Assembly (NCBI GenBank): GCA_019240755.1
Contig: JAFAXS010000133.1
Span: 201 to 64,200, forward strand
DNA: 64,000 nucleotides
Direction of reading: 5' to 3'
Origin: Vulcanimicrobiota bacterium
GTDB taxonomy: Bacteria; Vulcanimicrobiota; Vulcanimicrobiia; Vulcanimicrobiales; Vulcanimicrobiaceae
The notes under the pieces are model-generated. The model was not told the origin of the DNA. It worked only from the letters and a program-made list of their open reading frames with translations, and ran no database searches. Position numbers and translations under genes: made by a program. Position 1 is the stretch's first letter, and each line of letters starts with the position of its first letter. Positions 25,957 to 35,480 of this stretch are shown piece by piece.

Positions 25957-27449
25957 GCCGGCACCTGCGCCGATGCCAACAACGACTCCCAGACCTCTTG
26001 CTCGCGCTTACTGGGCGTACCCAACAACGCCAAAGCGTTGCGCAACCGTTCGCGAACGAGATCACGTCCCAGCAATTCCATCGAGTCGAAGAGGGGGATG
26101 CTCGTGGCGCTGCCGGTGATCGCAACATAGAACGGACGCGCGGCGTCCCGCGCTTTCTTTCCCAAGGCCTCCGCAATGCGCTTGATCACGGTTTCGATTC
26201 CCGCCGCGTCCCAGACGGGCAGCGCGTCGAGCTCGCGAATCGCCAGGGCGAACGCTTGGCGCACTTCAACCTCTTCGAGTTTGGCAACGCGCAAGTCGTC
26301 CCGCATAAGCGCGAGCCGCCCCGAAAACAGAAAGCCGACGAGCGGCGCCAGATCGCTCAGGCGCTCGATGCGGGGAGCGCTGATCTCCGCCAAACGGTTC
26401 AGGCGCTCGGGACCGCCGGCCCAGCGCGCTACGCGATCCATCAACGCTTCCGGCGTAAGGCGTTCGCGAATGTAGCGCGCGTTGAGCCAGTCCAACTTCG
26501 GAACGTCGAAGATCGGGCCGCCCACCGGCACTTGTTCGACCTCGAAACGTCGCACGATCGCATGAAGATCCATCAACTCGTCTTCGCCGTCACGAGCCGC
26601 GTTGGCCAACAAGGCCAAAAAGTTGATCAGCGCCTCGGGGAGATAACCGAGAGCACGATAGAACAGAATCCCGGTCGGATTCTTGCGTTTGCTCAGCTTG
26701 CTCTTGTCGGGATTGCGCAGCAGCGGCAGGTGCAGCAGCTTTGGAGGCTCCCAACCGAAGTACGAGTAGAGCAGCAGGTGCTTCGGCGCGCTCGAAAGCC
26801 ACTCTTCGCCGCGGAACACGTGCGTTATTCGCATCAGGTGGTCGTCTACCACGTTCGCGAGGTGGTACGTCGGCATGCCGTCCGATTTCACGAGCACCTG
26901 CATGTCAACGCTGCGGTACTCGAACTCAACATCTCCGCGCCGTAAGTCGCTGACCACGCACAAGCCCTCGTTCGGCACTCGCAGCCGGATCACGTGGGGC
27001 TCGCCGGCCGAAATTCGGCGTTGGACGTCGCCGGGCGAGAGCGTCAAGCAGAGGCCGTCGTAGCGCGACGGCTCCGCCGCGGCTCGCTGCGCCGCGCGCA
27101 TCTCGTGCAGCCGCGCTTCGCTGCAAAAGCACCGGAATGCTTGACCCCGCGACACCAGCTCGTCGGCATAGCGCCGATAGATTTCAGACCGTTCGCTCTG
27201 CCGGTATGGGCCGTGCGGGCCGCCCACGTCGGGACCTTCGTCCCACGCAATGCCGCACCAGCGGAGCGCGTCCAAGATCAGCCGCTCGCTCTCGGCGGTG
27301 CTGCGCGCGGCGTCCGTATCCTCGATGCGGAGGATGAACTCTCCGCCGTGCTTTTTGGCAAAGCAATAATTCACGAGCGCGACGTACGCAGTGCCGACGT
27401 GAGGATCGCCCGTCGGCGACGGCGCGACGCGCGTTCGAACTCCGCTCAT
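25953..27449 (-). CDS. gltX: Glutamyl-tRNA synthetase
   Basis: RVAPSPTGDPHVGTAY (HIGH region), KLSKR (KMSKS). ATGA overlap with glmU. Confidence 0.95.
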   Translation of the reverse strand: MSGVRTRVAPSPTGDPHVGTAYVALVNYCFAKKHGGEFILRIEDTDAARSTAESERLILDALRWCGIAWDEGPDVGGPHGPYRQSERSEIYRRYADELVSRGQAFRCFCSEARLHEMRAAQRAAAEPSRYDGLCLTLSPGDVQRRISAGEPHVIRLRVPNEGLCVVSDLRRGDVEFEYRSVDMQVLVKSDGMPTYHLANVVDDHLMRITHVFRGEEWLSSAPKHLLLYSYFGWEPPKLLHLPLLRNPDKSKLSKRKNPTGILFYRALGYLPEALINFLALLANAARDGEDELMDLHAIVRRFEVEQVPVGGPIFDVPKLDWLNARYIRERLTPEALMDRVARWAGGPERLNRLAEISAPRIERLSDLAPLVGFLFSGRLALMRDDLRVAKLEEVEVRQAFALAIRELDALPVWDAAGIETVIKRIAEALGKKARDAARPFYVAITGSATSIPLFDSMELLGRDLVRERLRNALALLGTPSKREQEVWESLLASAQVPA

Positions 27450-27454
27450 TTCGA

Positions 27455-27871
27455 CTAACCGACGAGCGCTCTTCGCTTACCGCACTCGGATCGGACGAAG
27501 TCCACTATATCTTGCAGCGGCGCGCCGGGAGTGAAGATCGCGCGCACGCCGAGGTCGCGCAGCCGCTGCGCGTCGTCGGGCGGGATCGTTCCGCCGCCGA
27601 AAAAAACGATGTCGCCGGCGCCCTGCGCCTGTAGCTGCTCGACCACTAGGGGGAAGAGCGTCATATGGGCGCCCGATAGGATCGACAAGCCTATTCCGTC
27701 GGCATCTTCCTGAACGGCGGTCTGCACGATCTGCTCGGGCGTTTGAAAGAGTCCGGTATAAATGACTTCCATGCCCGCGTCCCGCAATGCGCGCGCGATG
27801 ACCTTGGCCCCTCGATCGTGGCCGTCGAGGCCCGCCTTAGCGATGACTATCCGAAGAGGTCGCTCGTTCAT
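27455..27871 (-). CDS. Methylmalonyl-CoA mutase, B12-binding small subunit
   Basis: IVIAKAGLDGHDRGAKV (DxHxxG cobalamin-binding motif). 138 aa. Confidence 0.9.
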   Translation of the reverse strand: MNERPLRIVIAKAGLDGHDRGAKVIARALRDAGMEVIYTGLFQTPEQIVQTAVQEDADGIGLSILSGAHMTLFPLVVEQLQAQGAGDIVFFGGGTIPPDDAQRLRDLGVRAIFTPGAPLQDIVDFVRSECGKRRALVG

Positions 27872-27998
27872 TCTCTTTCTCGTTCTTATGCCGGCTCAGC
27901 GCAAGCGCTTCCTCGAGCTTACGCTTCACCTTCGCCAGCGTTCGCCGGATCCGGTAGATCTCGATATCGGTCCGGCGGCGCCAGCGGTCACGGGCCAT
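27837..27998 (-). CDS. Possible small basic protein (53 aa) between the two MCM subunit genes
   Basis: ATG 27998 overlaps the TGA of the large subunit (TGATG). MARDRWRRRTDIEIYRIRRTLAKVKRKLEEALAL.. Third codon positions are mostly G/C. The 3' end overlaps the small-subunit start by 35 nt. Confidence 0.3.
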   Translation of the reverse strand: MARDRWRRRTDIEIYRIRRTLAKVKRKLEEALALSRHKNEKENERATSSDSHR

Positions 27999-29758
27999 CA
28001 CACCACCGCGGTTTCGGTGTAACGTCCATAGACCTTGGCCATCGCTTCGACGATTTCGCCTTCCGTGCAATACGCGTTGACGCTATCGATCAAATGCGGC
28101 ATGAGGTTGTCCTTCGGATCGCGGCAGGCGGCCTGCAGGCGGTCCAGCGACGAGGCGACGCTCGCGCCGTCTCGCCCCTGCCGAACCGCTTGCACCGCGC
28201 GCGCCTGGCCGCGCTCGGTCTCTTCGGTGATCTTCAGTAGCTCGATCTCCGCCGCTTCTTCGTCCTTCGCAAAGGCATTGACGCCGACGACGATCCGTTC
28301 TTTCGCCTCGATCGAGCGCTGGTAGCGGTAGCTCGCCTCCGCGATCTCGCGCTGGAAAAAGCCCGCTTCGATCGCCTCGATCACGCCGCCGTACTCGGCG
28401 ATCTGTGCGAAGTAGCTCTCGGCCTGGCGCTCCATCTCTGCCGTGAGCGCCTCGACGTAATACGATCCGCCCAGCGGATCCACGACGTTCGTAACGTTGG
28501 TCTCGTACGCGAGAACCTGCTGCGTACGTAATGCGATCTCCACGGACTTCTCGGTAGGCAACGCCAGCACTTCATCCATGGAGTTCGTGTGCAGCGACTG
28601 CGTTCCGCCGAGCACTGCCGCCATCGCTTCGAATGCGACGCGCACGATGTTGTTCTCCGGTTGTTGCGCCGTCGCGCTACAACCGGCGGTCTGCGTGTGG
28701 AAACGCAACTGCCACGAGCGGGGATTACGGGCCCCGTACTTCTCGCGCATGTGGCGCGCGTAGATTCGCCGCGCAGCGCGGAACTTTGCGATCTCTTCGA
28801 AGAAATCGATGTGCGAGTTGAAAAAGAACGACAGGCGCGGAGCGAAGCTGTCCACGTCCATGCCGGCTGCCATGCACGCCTCCACGTAGGCAAAACCGTC
28901 GGCGAGCGTAAAGGCTAGCTCTTGCGCCGCGGTCGAGCCGGCTTCACGAATATGGTAGCCCGAGATCGAAATCGTATTCCACTTCGGCATCTCGCGCGTG
29001 CAGAAGTCGATCATGTCCACGATGATGCGCATGTGGGGCCGCGGGGGAAAGATCCACTCTTTCTGCGCGATGTACTCTTTGAGGATGTCGGCCTGAATCG
29101 TGCCGCCGAGCTTGGCCCGCGGGATGCCTTTCTTCTCCGCCGCCGCCACGTACTGCGCCAACGCGATGCATGCCGGCCCGTTGATCGTCATGGACGTCGT
29201 AATGTCCGCCATGTCGATCCCATCGAAGAGCAACTCCATGTCCGCCAGCGAATCGATCGCGACGCCGCACTTGCCGACCTCGCCCCGAGCCTGCGCCGCG
29301 TCCGAGTCGTATCCCATCAGCGTCGGCATGTCGAACGCAACGGAGAGTCCGTGCTGTCCCTGCGCAAGCAAAAAGTGATAGCGCGCGTTCGTCTGCGCGG
29401 CGGTGCCGAAACCGGCGAACTGGCGCATCGTCCACAGGCGGTCGCGGTATCCGTTCGCATGGATCCCGCGCGTGTACGGATACGCGCCCGGCCATGCCAG
29501 GTCTCGCGCCGGGTCGAGATCGGCGACGTCGGATGGATCGTACGCAACCTTGAGCGGGACGTCGGAAATCGTGCGGTCGACGGCACCGGAACCGGGGCCT
29601 CGTCGCCGCCGCCCGCGCGCCGAACGCTCTTCCCAATGCCGGCGCTGCTCTTCGAAGTCCGGCGTCGGCTGCGCTCCTAGACCGCTGGTGCGGTCAATTA
29701 TCTGGGGCCTGTCCTGAGCTTGTCGAAGAGCCTGTCCTGAGCTTGCCGAAGGAGTCAT
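27998..29758 (-). CDS. Methylmalonyl-CoA mutase, catalytic large subunit
   Basis: ..YPYTRGIH..LWTMRQFAGFG.. and full-length barrel-domain similarity. The only canonical start is ATG 29758, which puts the 23-nt tandem repeat inside the first about 20 codons. Confidence 0.9.
   Translation of the reverse strand: MTPSASSGQALRQAQDRPQIIDRTSGLGAQPTPDFEEQRRHWEERSARGRRRRGPGSGAVDRTISDVPLKVAYDPSDVADLDPARDLAWPGAYPYTRGIHANGYRDRLWTMRQFAGFGTAAQTNARYHFLLAQGQHGLSVAFDMPTLMGYDSDAAQARGEVGKCGVAIDSLADMELLFDGIDMADITTSMTINGPACIALAQYVAAAEKKGIPRAKLGGTIQADILKEYIAQKEWIFPPRPHMRIIVDMIDFCTREMPKWNTISISGYHIREAGSTAAQELAFTLADGFAYVEACMAAGMDVDSFAPRLSFFFNSHIDFFEEIAKFRAARRIYARHMREKYGARNPRSWQLRFHTQTAGCSATAQQPENNIVRVAFEAMAAVLGGTQSLHTNSMDEVLALPTEKSVEIALRTQQVLAYETNVTNVVDPLGGSYYVEALTAEMERQAESYFAQIAEYGGVIEAIEAGFFQREIAEASYRYQRSIEAKERIVVGVNAFAKDEEAAEIELLKITEETERGQARAVQAVRQGRDGASVASSLDRLQAACRDPKDNLMPHLIDSVNAYCTEGEIVEAMAKVYGRYTETAVV
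29708..29753. repeat. Tandem 2 x 23-nt direct repeat
   Basis: CCTGTCCTGAGCTTGTCGAAGAG (29708-29730) followed by CCTGTCCTGAGCTTGCCGAAGGA (29731-29753). A third copy lies at 61213-61235 on the other strand. Confidence 0.85.
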
Positions 29759-29795
29759 AGGGGCCGAGCCATTCGACGCAAACGGCAAATTTTCC

Positions 29796-30719
29796 CTAAA
29801 ACTTGGGCAGGCTCGCGAGTATGCGCTCTGCGGCTTCGTACGGATCAACCCCGTCGCGAGCTCCGTCGCGAATAGCACGATTGAGCCGTTGTTCCAGCCG
29901 CCCCAGCGCCAACTGGCGCACTTGATGCGTGAACGCATCCCGCCGGCGCATCTCCATTTCGCCCGTCTCGTTGAGGTATGCGACGTGACGTTCGACCGCG
30001 CTCCATAGCTCGTCGATTCCGGTGCCCGCGAGCGCCTGCGTGACGACCAGCTCCGGAACCCAACCGTCCCACTGCAACATCTCCATGGTCGAGCGGATCT
30101 CGCGTCGCAGTTGGTCGGCCATCGGGTGATCGGCTTTGTTCACAACGAACACGTCGGCGATTTCCATGATGCCGGCCTTGAGCACTTGAATCGAGTCGCC
30201 GCTGCCGGGCTGGAGGGCGACGAGCACCGTGTGGGCGAGCTCCGCAATCGCGACCTCGCTCTGCCCAACGCCGACCGTTTCGATCAATACGACGTCGAAA
30301 CCAAACGCGTCCATCAGTAGCACCGCATCGGCCGTCGCGCCCGCAAGGCCACCGAGATGGCCGCGGCTCGCCATCGAGCGTATGAAGACGCACTCGTCCG
30401 TGAAATGCTCCGCCAAGCGAATTCGGTCGCCGAGCAAAGCGCCGTGCGAGAACGGCGAGCTCGGATCCACGGAAACGACGCCGACCCGCTTTCCCAACGA
30501 GCGCGCCTTCCGCACCAGTCCGGAAGCGAGCGTTGATTTGCCCACGCCGGGCGGACCGGTAAGTCCGAGCGTCATCGCGCGGCCGGTCTTTGCATAGAGC
30601 GCGCGGATCAGGTCGCCGCCGCGACCCGACTCGGACCACGAGATCGCACGCGCCAACGCCCGCGGCTGTCCTGCTTCGAAGTCGCGTAGAAGTCCACCGT
30701 ATCCGGCCGGGCTGCTCAA
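29796..30719 (-). CDS. meaB: MCM-associated G-protein chaperone MeaB
   Basis: ..RALARAISWSE.., P-loop GPPGVGKST, VVNKAD. Start trimmed to TTG 30719. Confidence 0.9.
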   Translation of the reverse strand: MSSPAGYGGLLRDFEAGQPRALARAISWSESGRGGDLIRALYAKTGRAMTLGLTGPPGVGKSTLASGLVRKARSLGKRVGVVSVDPSSPFSHGALLGDRIRLAEHFTDECVFIRSMASRGHLGGLAGATADAVLLMDAFGFDVVLIETVGVGQSEVAIAELAHTVLVALQPGSGDSIQVLKAGIMEIADVFVVNKADHPMADQLRREIRSTMEMLQWDGWVPELVVTQALAGTGIDELWSAVERHVAYLNETGEMEMRRRDAFTHQVRQLALGRLEQRLNRAIRDGARDGVDPYEAAERILASLPKF

Positions 30720-30778
30720 AGCTGGCTTGTTGCGGCTCCCGCAAGGCCGAACCTCTCGTAGCAGAAAACCTGCGCGGA

Positions 30779-33700
30779 ATGGATCAAGGGTACTATCGCT
30801 ATCCGACGATCGCCCAGGATCGTTTGGTCTTCGTCTGCGAGGACGATCTCTGGAGCGTGCCTTCGGCCGGCGGCGATGCGGTTCGGCTGACGGTGAGTTT
30901 CGGCGCCTGCTCGTATCCGCGGCTCTCGCCCGACGGCGAATCACTGGCCTTCTTTTCGAACGACGACGGCAATCCGGAGCTCTACGTGATGCCGGCGCAA
31001 GGCGGTGAACCGCGCCGTTTGACGTTCCTGGGCGCGACGCTTGCGTGGACCGCCGGCTGGAGTGCGGATGGCAATGACATCTATTTTCTCGCGAATCCGG
31101 CCACGTGGTACGAGGGCGAAACCCGCGCCTTCTCTATCGCCAAGGAGGGCGGCACGCCGCGAGAACTCGACCTCGGACACGCCCGCTCGCTATCGTTCGG
31201 AACGCGCAACAGGATGGCGATCGGGCGCAACGCTGCTGATCCCGCGCGGTGGAAGCGATATCGCGGCGGCACGGCCGGCGAGGTTTGGATCGATGCTCGC
31301 GGAGCGGGACGGTTCGCGCGGCTGGCGTTGCCGAACGGCAATCCCTGCTGGCCGATGTGGATCGGCGAGCGAATCTTCTTTCTAGCCGACCACGAAGGCA
31401 TCGGCAACATCTATTCCGTCGCGCTGGACGGCAGCGACGTGCGCCGGCACTCGCACGAATCGGAATATTATGCGCGCTTCCCGAGTACCGACGGCGCACG
31501 GATCGTGTACGGCGCCGGCGCACAGATCCGCTGTTACGATGTCGCTTCCGATAGCGTGCGCAACGTCGAGATCGCGACGAAATCCGCCACTCCGCAGACC
31601 GTTCGGCGCTTCGAGGATGCGGCGGAGTCGTTGGATCAGTTCGTGCCGCACCCCGACGGCACCCAACTCGCGCTCGACGCACGCGGGCAGCAGTTCACGA
31701 TGCCCCTGTTCGAAGGCGCGGTGACGCGCCACGGCACGGGAAGCGTCGCGCGAATTCGGCTCACTCAATGGTTCCACGATGGAAAGCACCTCGCGTTCGT
31801 CACCGATCAAAGCGGCTACGAACAGATCGCGATCTGCCCATCCGAGGGCCCCGGCGACGTGAAGCTCGTCACCAAAGGCGACATCGGCCGCGTCACCGAC
31901 CTCGTCTGCTCGCCGAACGGCAGCGTGATTCTTTTTGCCAATCATCGGCACGAGCTGTGCGCCGTGGACGCCGACGACGGCAAAGTCCGAATCCTCGACC
32001 GATCCGACGCGCACCGGATAGAAGACCTCGCGTTCTCGCCCGACGGCCGGTACGTCGCATACGTCTGGTACCCCGCGTACGGCACTTCAATCATTCGAAT
32101 TGCAAAGGTTCGCTCCGGAAAGATCTACGATGTCACCTCGCCCGTACGCGTGGACGAATCACCCGCCTGGGATCCGGAAGGGAACTATCTGTATTTCGTC
32201 TCGACTCGCGACTTCAATCCGGTGTACGATGCGCTGCAGTTCGACCTGAGTTTTCCGCAGGCGAGCCGACCGTTCGTCGTCACACTGCGGGCCGACGTCC
32301 CGTCGCCCTTCGTTCCCAAGCCCAAACCGATTCACCAGGATCACGAGCGCTCGCGCGAGCAGCCGAAGGAGGACAAGAAACCGGTACGGATCGAGATCGA
32401 GTTCGAAGGGATCGCCGGCCGCGTCCTTGGCTTTCCCCTCGACGAAGGCGACTACCGCGACATCGTGGCGGCGCGCGAGCGCGTGCTGTTCACGCGCTTT
32501 CCGGTCAAGGGCATCAAGCCGGCGCGGCGCGAGGATCTCGAGGACGATGGGCACGGCACGCTGTTGGCATACGACTTCGAGCAGCAGCGGCTGGCCACCA
32601 TTGCCAACGAGTGCGACGACATTCGGCTCGGCCGGGATGGCCGAACGTTGATTTACCGTTCGTTGAATCGGCTGCGCGCGATCGACGCCGTCGCCGAATT
32701 GCCCGAGGAGGGCGACGAACAAAAACCGCCGGTCGAAACCGGCAGGCGCAGCGGCTGGATCGATCTCGAACGTGCGAGCGTTGAGATCGTTCCGCGCGAC
32801 GAGTGGGCGCAAATGTATCGTGAAGCGTGGCGCATGCAATCCGAAAATTTCTGGGTTGCCGACATGAGCGACGTCGACTGGGACCGGGTCTTTGACCGCT
32901 ACGCTGCGCTGTTGCCCCGGCTGCGAACGCGCGGAGAGCTCTCCGATCTCATCTGGGAGATGCAAGGCGAACTCGGGACCTCTCACGCGTACGAATCGGG
33001 CGGCGACTATCGTGAGCCGCGGCAGTACCAGCTCGGATTCCTGGGCGCCGATCTACGGTGGGACGATGGGTGCCAGGGCTATCGCATCGACCGAATCTAT
33101 CGCGGCGATTCTTGGAATCGCGACGTCGACTCGCCGCTCGCCGAGCCCGGCCAGAACGTTGCGGAGGGCGAGTGCATCGTCGCGATCGGCGGAAAACGCC
33201 TTTCGTGCGACGTTCCGCCGGAGCGGCTGTTGGTAAACGCATCGGAGCGCATGGTCTCGCTGACGCTGCGCGACAAGAAGCGGCACGAGCGAACCGTTCT
33301 GGTGAAACCTCTCGCGAGCGAGGCGGCCCTGCGCTATCGCGCCTGGGTCGATGCCAACCGGCGCCTGGTTCACGAACGCACTCGCGAAAACGTCGGCTAC
33401 CTTCACATTCCCGACATGGGGCCATGGGGCTTTTCGGAGTTCCATCGCGGCTACTTGAGCGAGTTCGATCGTAAAGGATTGATCGTGGACGTCCGCTACA
33501 ATCGCGGCGGCCACGTGTCGCCGCTACTGCTGGAGAAACTCGCGCGAAAGCGCGTCGGCTACGACGTGCCTCGGTATGGCGCGCCCGTTCCCTATCCGCC
33601 CGAATCGGTCGGCGGCCCCATCGTCGCGCTGACCAATCAATTCGCGGGCTCGGACGGAGACATTTTCAGTCACTGCTTTAAGCTCTATAAACTCGGGCCT

Positions 33701-34003
33701 TTGGTCGGGAAACGCACCTGGGGCGGCGTTATCGGAATCGATCCGTATCATCACCTCGTTGACGGCACGGTGACGACCCAGCCGGAGTTCTCGTTCTGGT
33801 TCGTGGACGCGGGCTGGGGAGTCGAGAACTACGGCACCGATCCCGACTACGACATTGACATCGCACCGCACGACTATCGCAAGGGCAGGGATCCGCAGCT
33901 GGAGCGCGCGCTCGAGCTGATGGATCGCGCGCTAAAGGGCTACGTCGCGGAGCGTCCGGATCTGTCAACGCGACCGTCGCTGCCCCTTCCGTCGTTGGTG
34001 TGA
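30779..34003 (+). CDS. Tricorn-protease-like peptidase (beta-propellers, PDZ, S41-type catalytic domain)
   Basis: MDQGYYRYPTIAQDRLVFVCEDDLWSV.., repeated propeller blades, C-terminal ..VDVRYNRGGHVS.. and ..NQFAGSDGDIF.. About 1074 aa. Confidence 0.85.
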   Translation: MDQGYYRYPTIAQDRLVFVCEDDLWSVPSAGGDAVRLTVSFGACSYPRLSPDGESLAFFSNDDGNPELYVMPAQGGEPRRLTFLGATLAWTAGWSADGNDIYFLANPATWYEGETRAFSIAKEGGTPRELDLGHARSLSFGTRNRMAIGRNAADPARWKRYRGGTAGEVWIDARGAGRFARLALPNGNPCWPMWIGERIFFLADHEGIGNIYSVALDGSDVRRHSHESEYYARFPSTDGARIVYGAGAQIRCYDVASDSVRNVEIATKSATPQTVRRFEDAAESLDQFVPHPDGTQLALDARGQQFTMPLFEGAVTRHGTGSVARIRLTQWFHDGKHLAFVTDQSGYEQIAICPSEGPGDVKLVTKGDIGRVTDLVCSPNGSVILFANHRHELCAVDADDGKVRILDRSDAHRIEDLAFSPDGRYVAYVWYPAYGTSIIRIAKVRSGKIYDVTSPVRVDESPAWDPEGNYLYFVSTRDFNPVYDALQFDLSFPQASRPFVVTLRADVPSPFVPKPKPIHQDHERSREQPKEDKKPVRIEIEFEGIAGRVLGFPLDEGDYRDIVAARERVLFTRFPVKGIKPARREDLEDDGHGTLLAYDFEQQRLATIANECDDIRLGRDGRTLIYRSLNRLRAIDAVAELPEEGDEQKPPVETGRRSGWIDLERASVEIVPRDEWAQMYREAWRMQSENFWVADMSDVDWDRVFDRYAALLPRLRTRGELSDLIWEMQGELGTSHAYESGGDYREPRQYQLGFLGADLRWDDGCQGYRIDRIYRGDSWNRDVDSPLAEPGQNVAEGECIVAIGGKRLSCDVPPERLLVNASERMVSLTLRDKKRHERTVLVKPLASEAALRYRAWVDANRRLVHERTRENVGYLHIPDMGPWGFSEFHRGYLSEFDRKGLIVDVRYNRGGHVSPLLLEKLARKRVGYDVPRYGAPVPYPPESVGGPIVALTNQFAGSDGDIFSHCFKLYKLGPLVGKRTWGGVIGIDPYHHLVDGTVTTQPEFSFWFVDAGWGVENYGTDPDYDIDIAPHDYRKGRDPQLERALELMDRALKGYVAERPDLSTRPSLPLPSLV

Positions 34004-35457
34004 GATGGCTTGCGTTCCTGATTCCGGCCGTAATTTATGCGGCGAGCGCGTCGCACGAGCCGGGATCGTGGGATACGGCCGAGCTTCAAGGCGTTCCCTT
34101 CATCCTCGGCATCTCGCATCCGACGGGATTTCCGTTGTACGTGCTGGCCGGCTACGTTTGGTCGCACGTCGTCGCCGTAGATACGATCGCGTGGCGCATG
34201 AACGTGATGAGCGGCGTCGCCGTGGGCATTGCCTGCACCGCGGCATACGGCGTCGCGCGGCTCTTGGGAGCGGCGCGAACGACTGCGCTGGGGGCGACGC
34301 TCTGGTGTTCGGTCACGCCGAATATCTGGTCGCACGCCTCGCGCGCCGAGGCGCAGGATCTCGCGTTCATGTGTGCGGCACTGGCGATCTACGCGATGCT
34401 CCGCTGGATGCACGGCGCCTCGACCGCATGGTGCGTCGCGGCATTCGCCTTGAGCGGCCTCGGGATTGCGGCGCACCCGAACGCGCTGTGGATTCTTCCG
34501 GCATTGATCCTCGGAGCGATCGTCGGACGGCGCCGCGGCACATCGGGGCGGCGCGCACGAGCGCCCGCGCTGCTCGCGCTGGCCGCATTCCTCGCCGGGA
34601 TCGCGCTCTACGCCTACCTTCCACTGCGCTCGAGCTACCTCGTCGCGCATAACGCCGATCCTACGCAGGCGCTCGCGGGCGCAGGCGGCGGAATTTTTTG
34701 GAACTACAACGATCCACGCTCGCTCGCCGGTCTTGCGCGCGAGCTCTCCGGCAGTGAGTCTCAAACGCCCTCGTATCTGTTGGCCTCGCTCAATCCGGTA
34801 CATTTTTTCTCTGCGCTGGTCGCCTTCGTTGGAGAGACGCGCGCGCAGTACGGCATCGCCGGTGCCATCGCGATCGCCGTGGGTGTCGTTCTGAGCTGGC
34901 GACGCGACTGGCGCGTTACGCTAGTCCTTTTGCTTGCCGGGGTCACCGGTTTGGTCTTCTCGGTGATTTACCCCAACGAAAGCGACGTCGATCGATACCG
35001 ACTGTTGGTCCCCTGGATCGCGGTGCCGTTTCTCTGTGCGTTGGCTCCGCGAGCAGCGCGCGGCGGTCGCGCGGTGCTGCACGTAGCGCTCGTCCTGGCC
35101 TTCCTCGCCGCGGCGGCGTGGAACGTGCAACGCCACCTGAGCTTCTTCAATCATCCAAGCGGCGAAGGGGGACGATGGGTGATCGAGGCCGTTCGCCCGT
35201 ACGCCGGCACGAGTGACGTCATCGTCACCGGTTGGCTCGATGCGACCTCGCTCGCCTACGGCGCGTACGTGGACGGGACTCTGCCTCGGCGCATCATCGT
35301 CTCGGACAACTCCTTGCGGCTGGGGCTCTATCGGGTGTGGTCGCAACGGCGTCGAGTCTTCGTCTTGGTCGATCCGCACGACACGAAAATGCTGCCCGGA
35401 GCGCAAGATTTTGCCAAACTGGACGACTACCACGAGCTCTATCTCGTCGAGCGCTAG
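34000..35457 (+). CDS. DUF2723-family polytopic membrane protein (GT-C-like, putative glycosyltransferase)
   Basis: GTGA overlap with the tricorn gene stop. ..WDTAELQGVPFILGISHPTGFPLYVLAGY.. matches the DUF2723 N-terminal signature. Many TM helices. Confidence 0.7.
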   Translation: MRWLAFLIPAVIYAASASHEPGSWDTAELQGVPFILGISHPTGFPLYVLAGYVWSHVVAVDTIAWRMNVMSGVAVGIACTAAYGVARLLGAARTTALGATLWCSVTPNIWSHASRAEAQDLAFMCAALAIYAMLRWMHGASTAWCVAAFALSGLGIAAHPNALWILPALILGAIVGRRRGTSGRRARAPALLALAAFLAGIALYAYLPLRSSYLVAHNADPTQALAGAGGGIFWNYNDPRSLAGLARELSGSESQTPSYLLASLNPVHFFSALVAFVGETRAQYGIAGAIAIAVGVVLSWRRDWRVTLVLLLAGVTGLVFSVIYPNESDVDRYRLLVPWIAVPFLCALAPRAARGGRAVLHVALVLAFLAAAAWNVQRHLSFFNHPSGEGGRWVIEAVRPYAGTSDVIVTGWLDATSLAYGAYVDGTLPRRIIVSDNSLRLGLYRVWSQRRRVFVLVDPHDTKMLPGAQDFAKLDDYHELYLVER

Positions 35458-35480
35458 GGAACCTCTTGCCGCTTGAGCGC

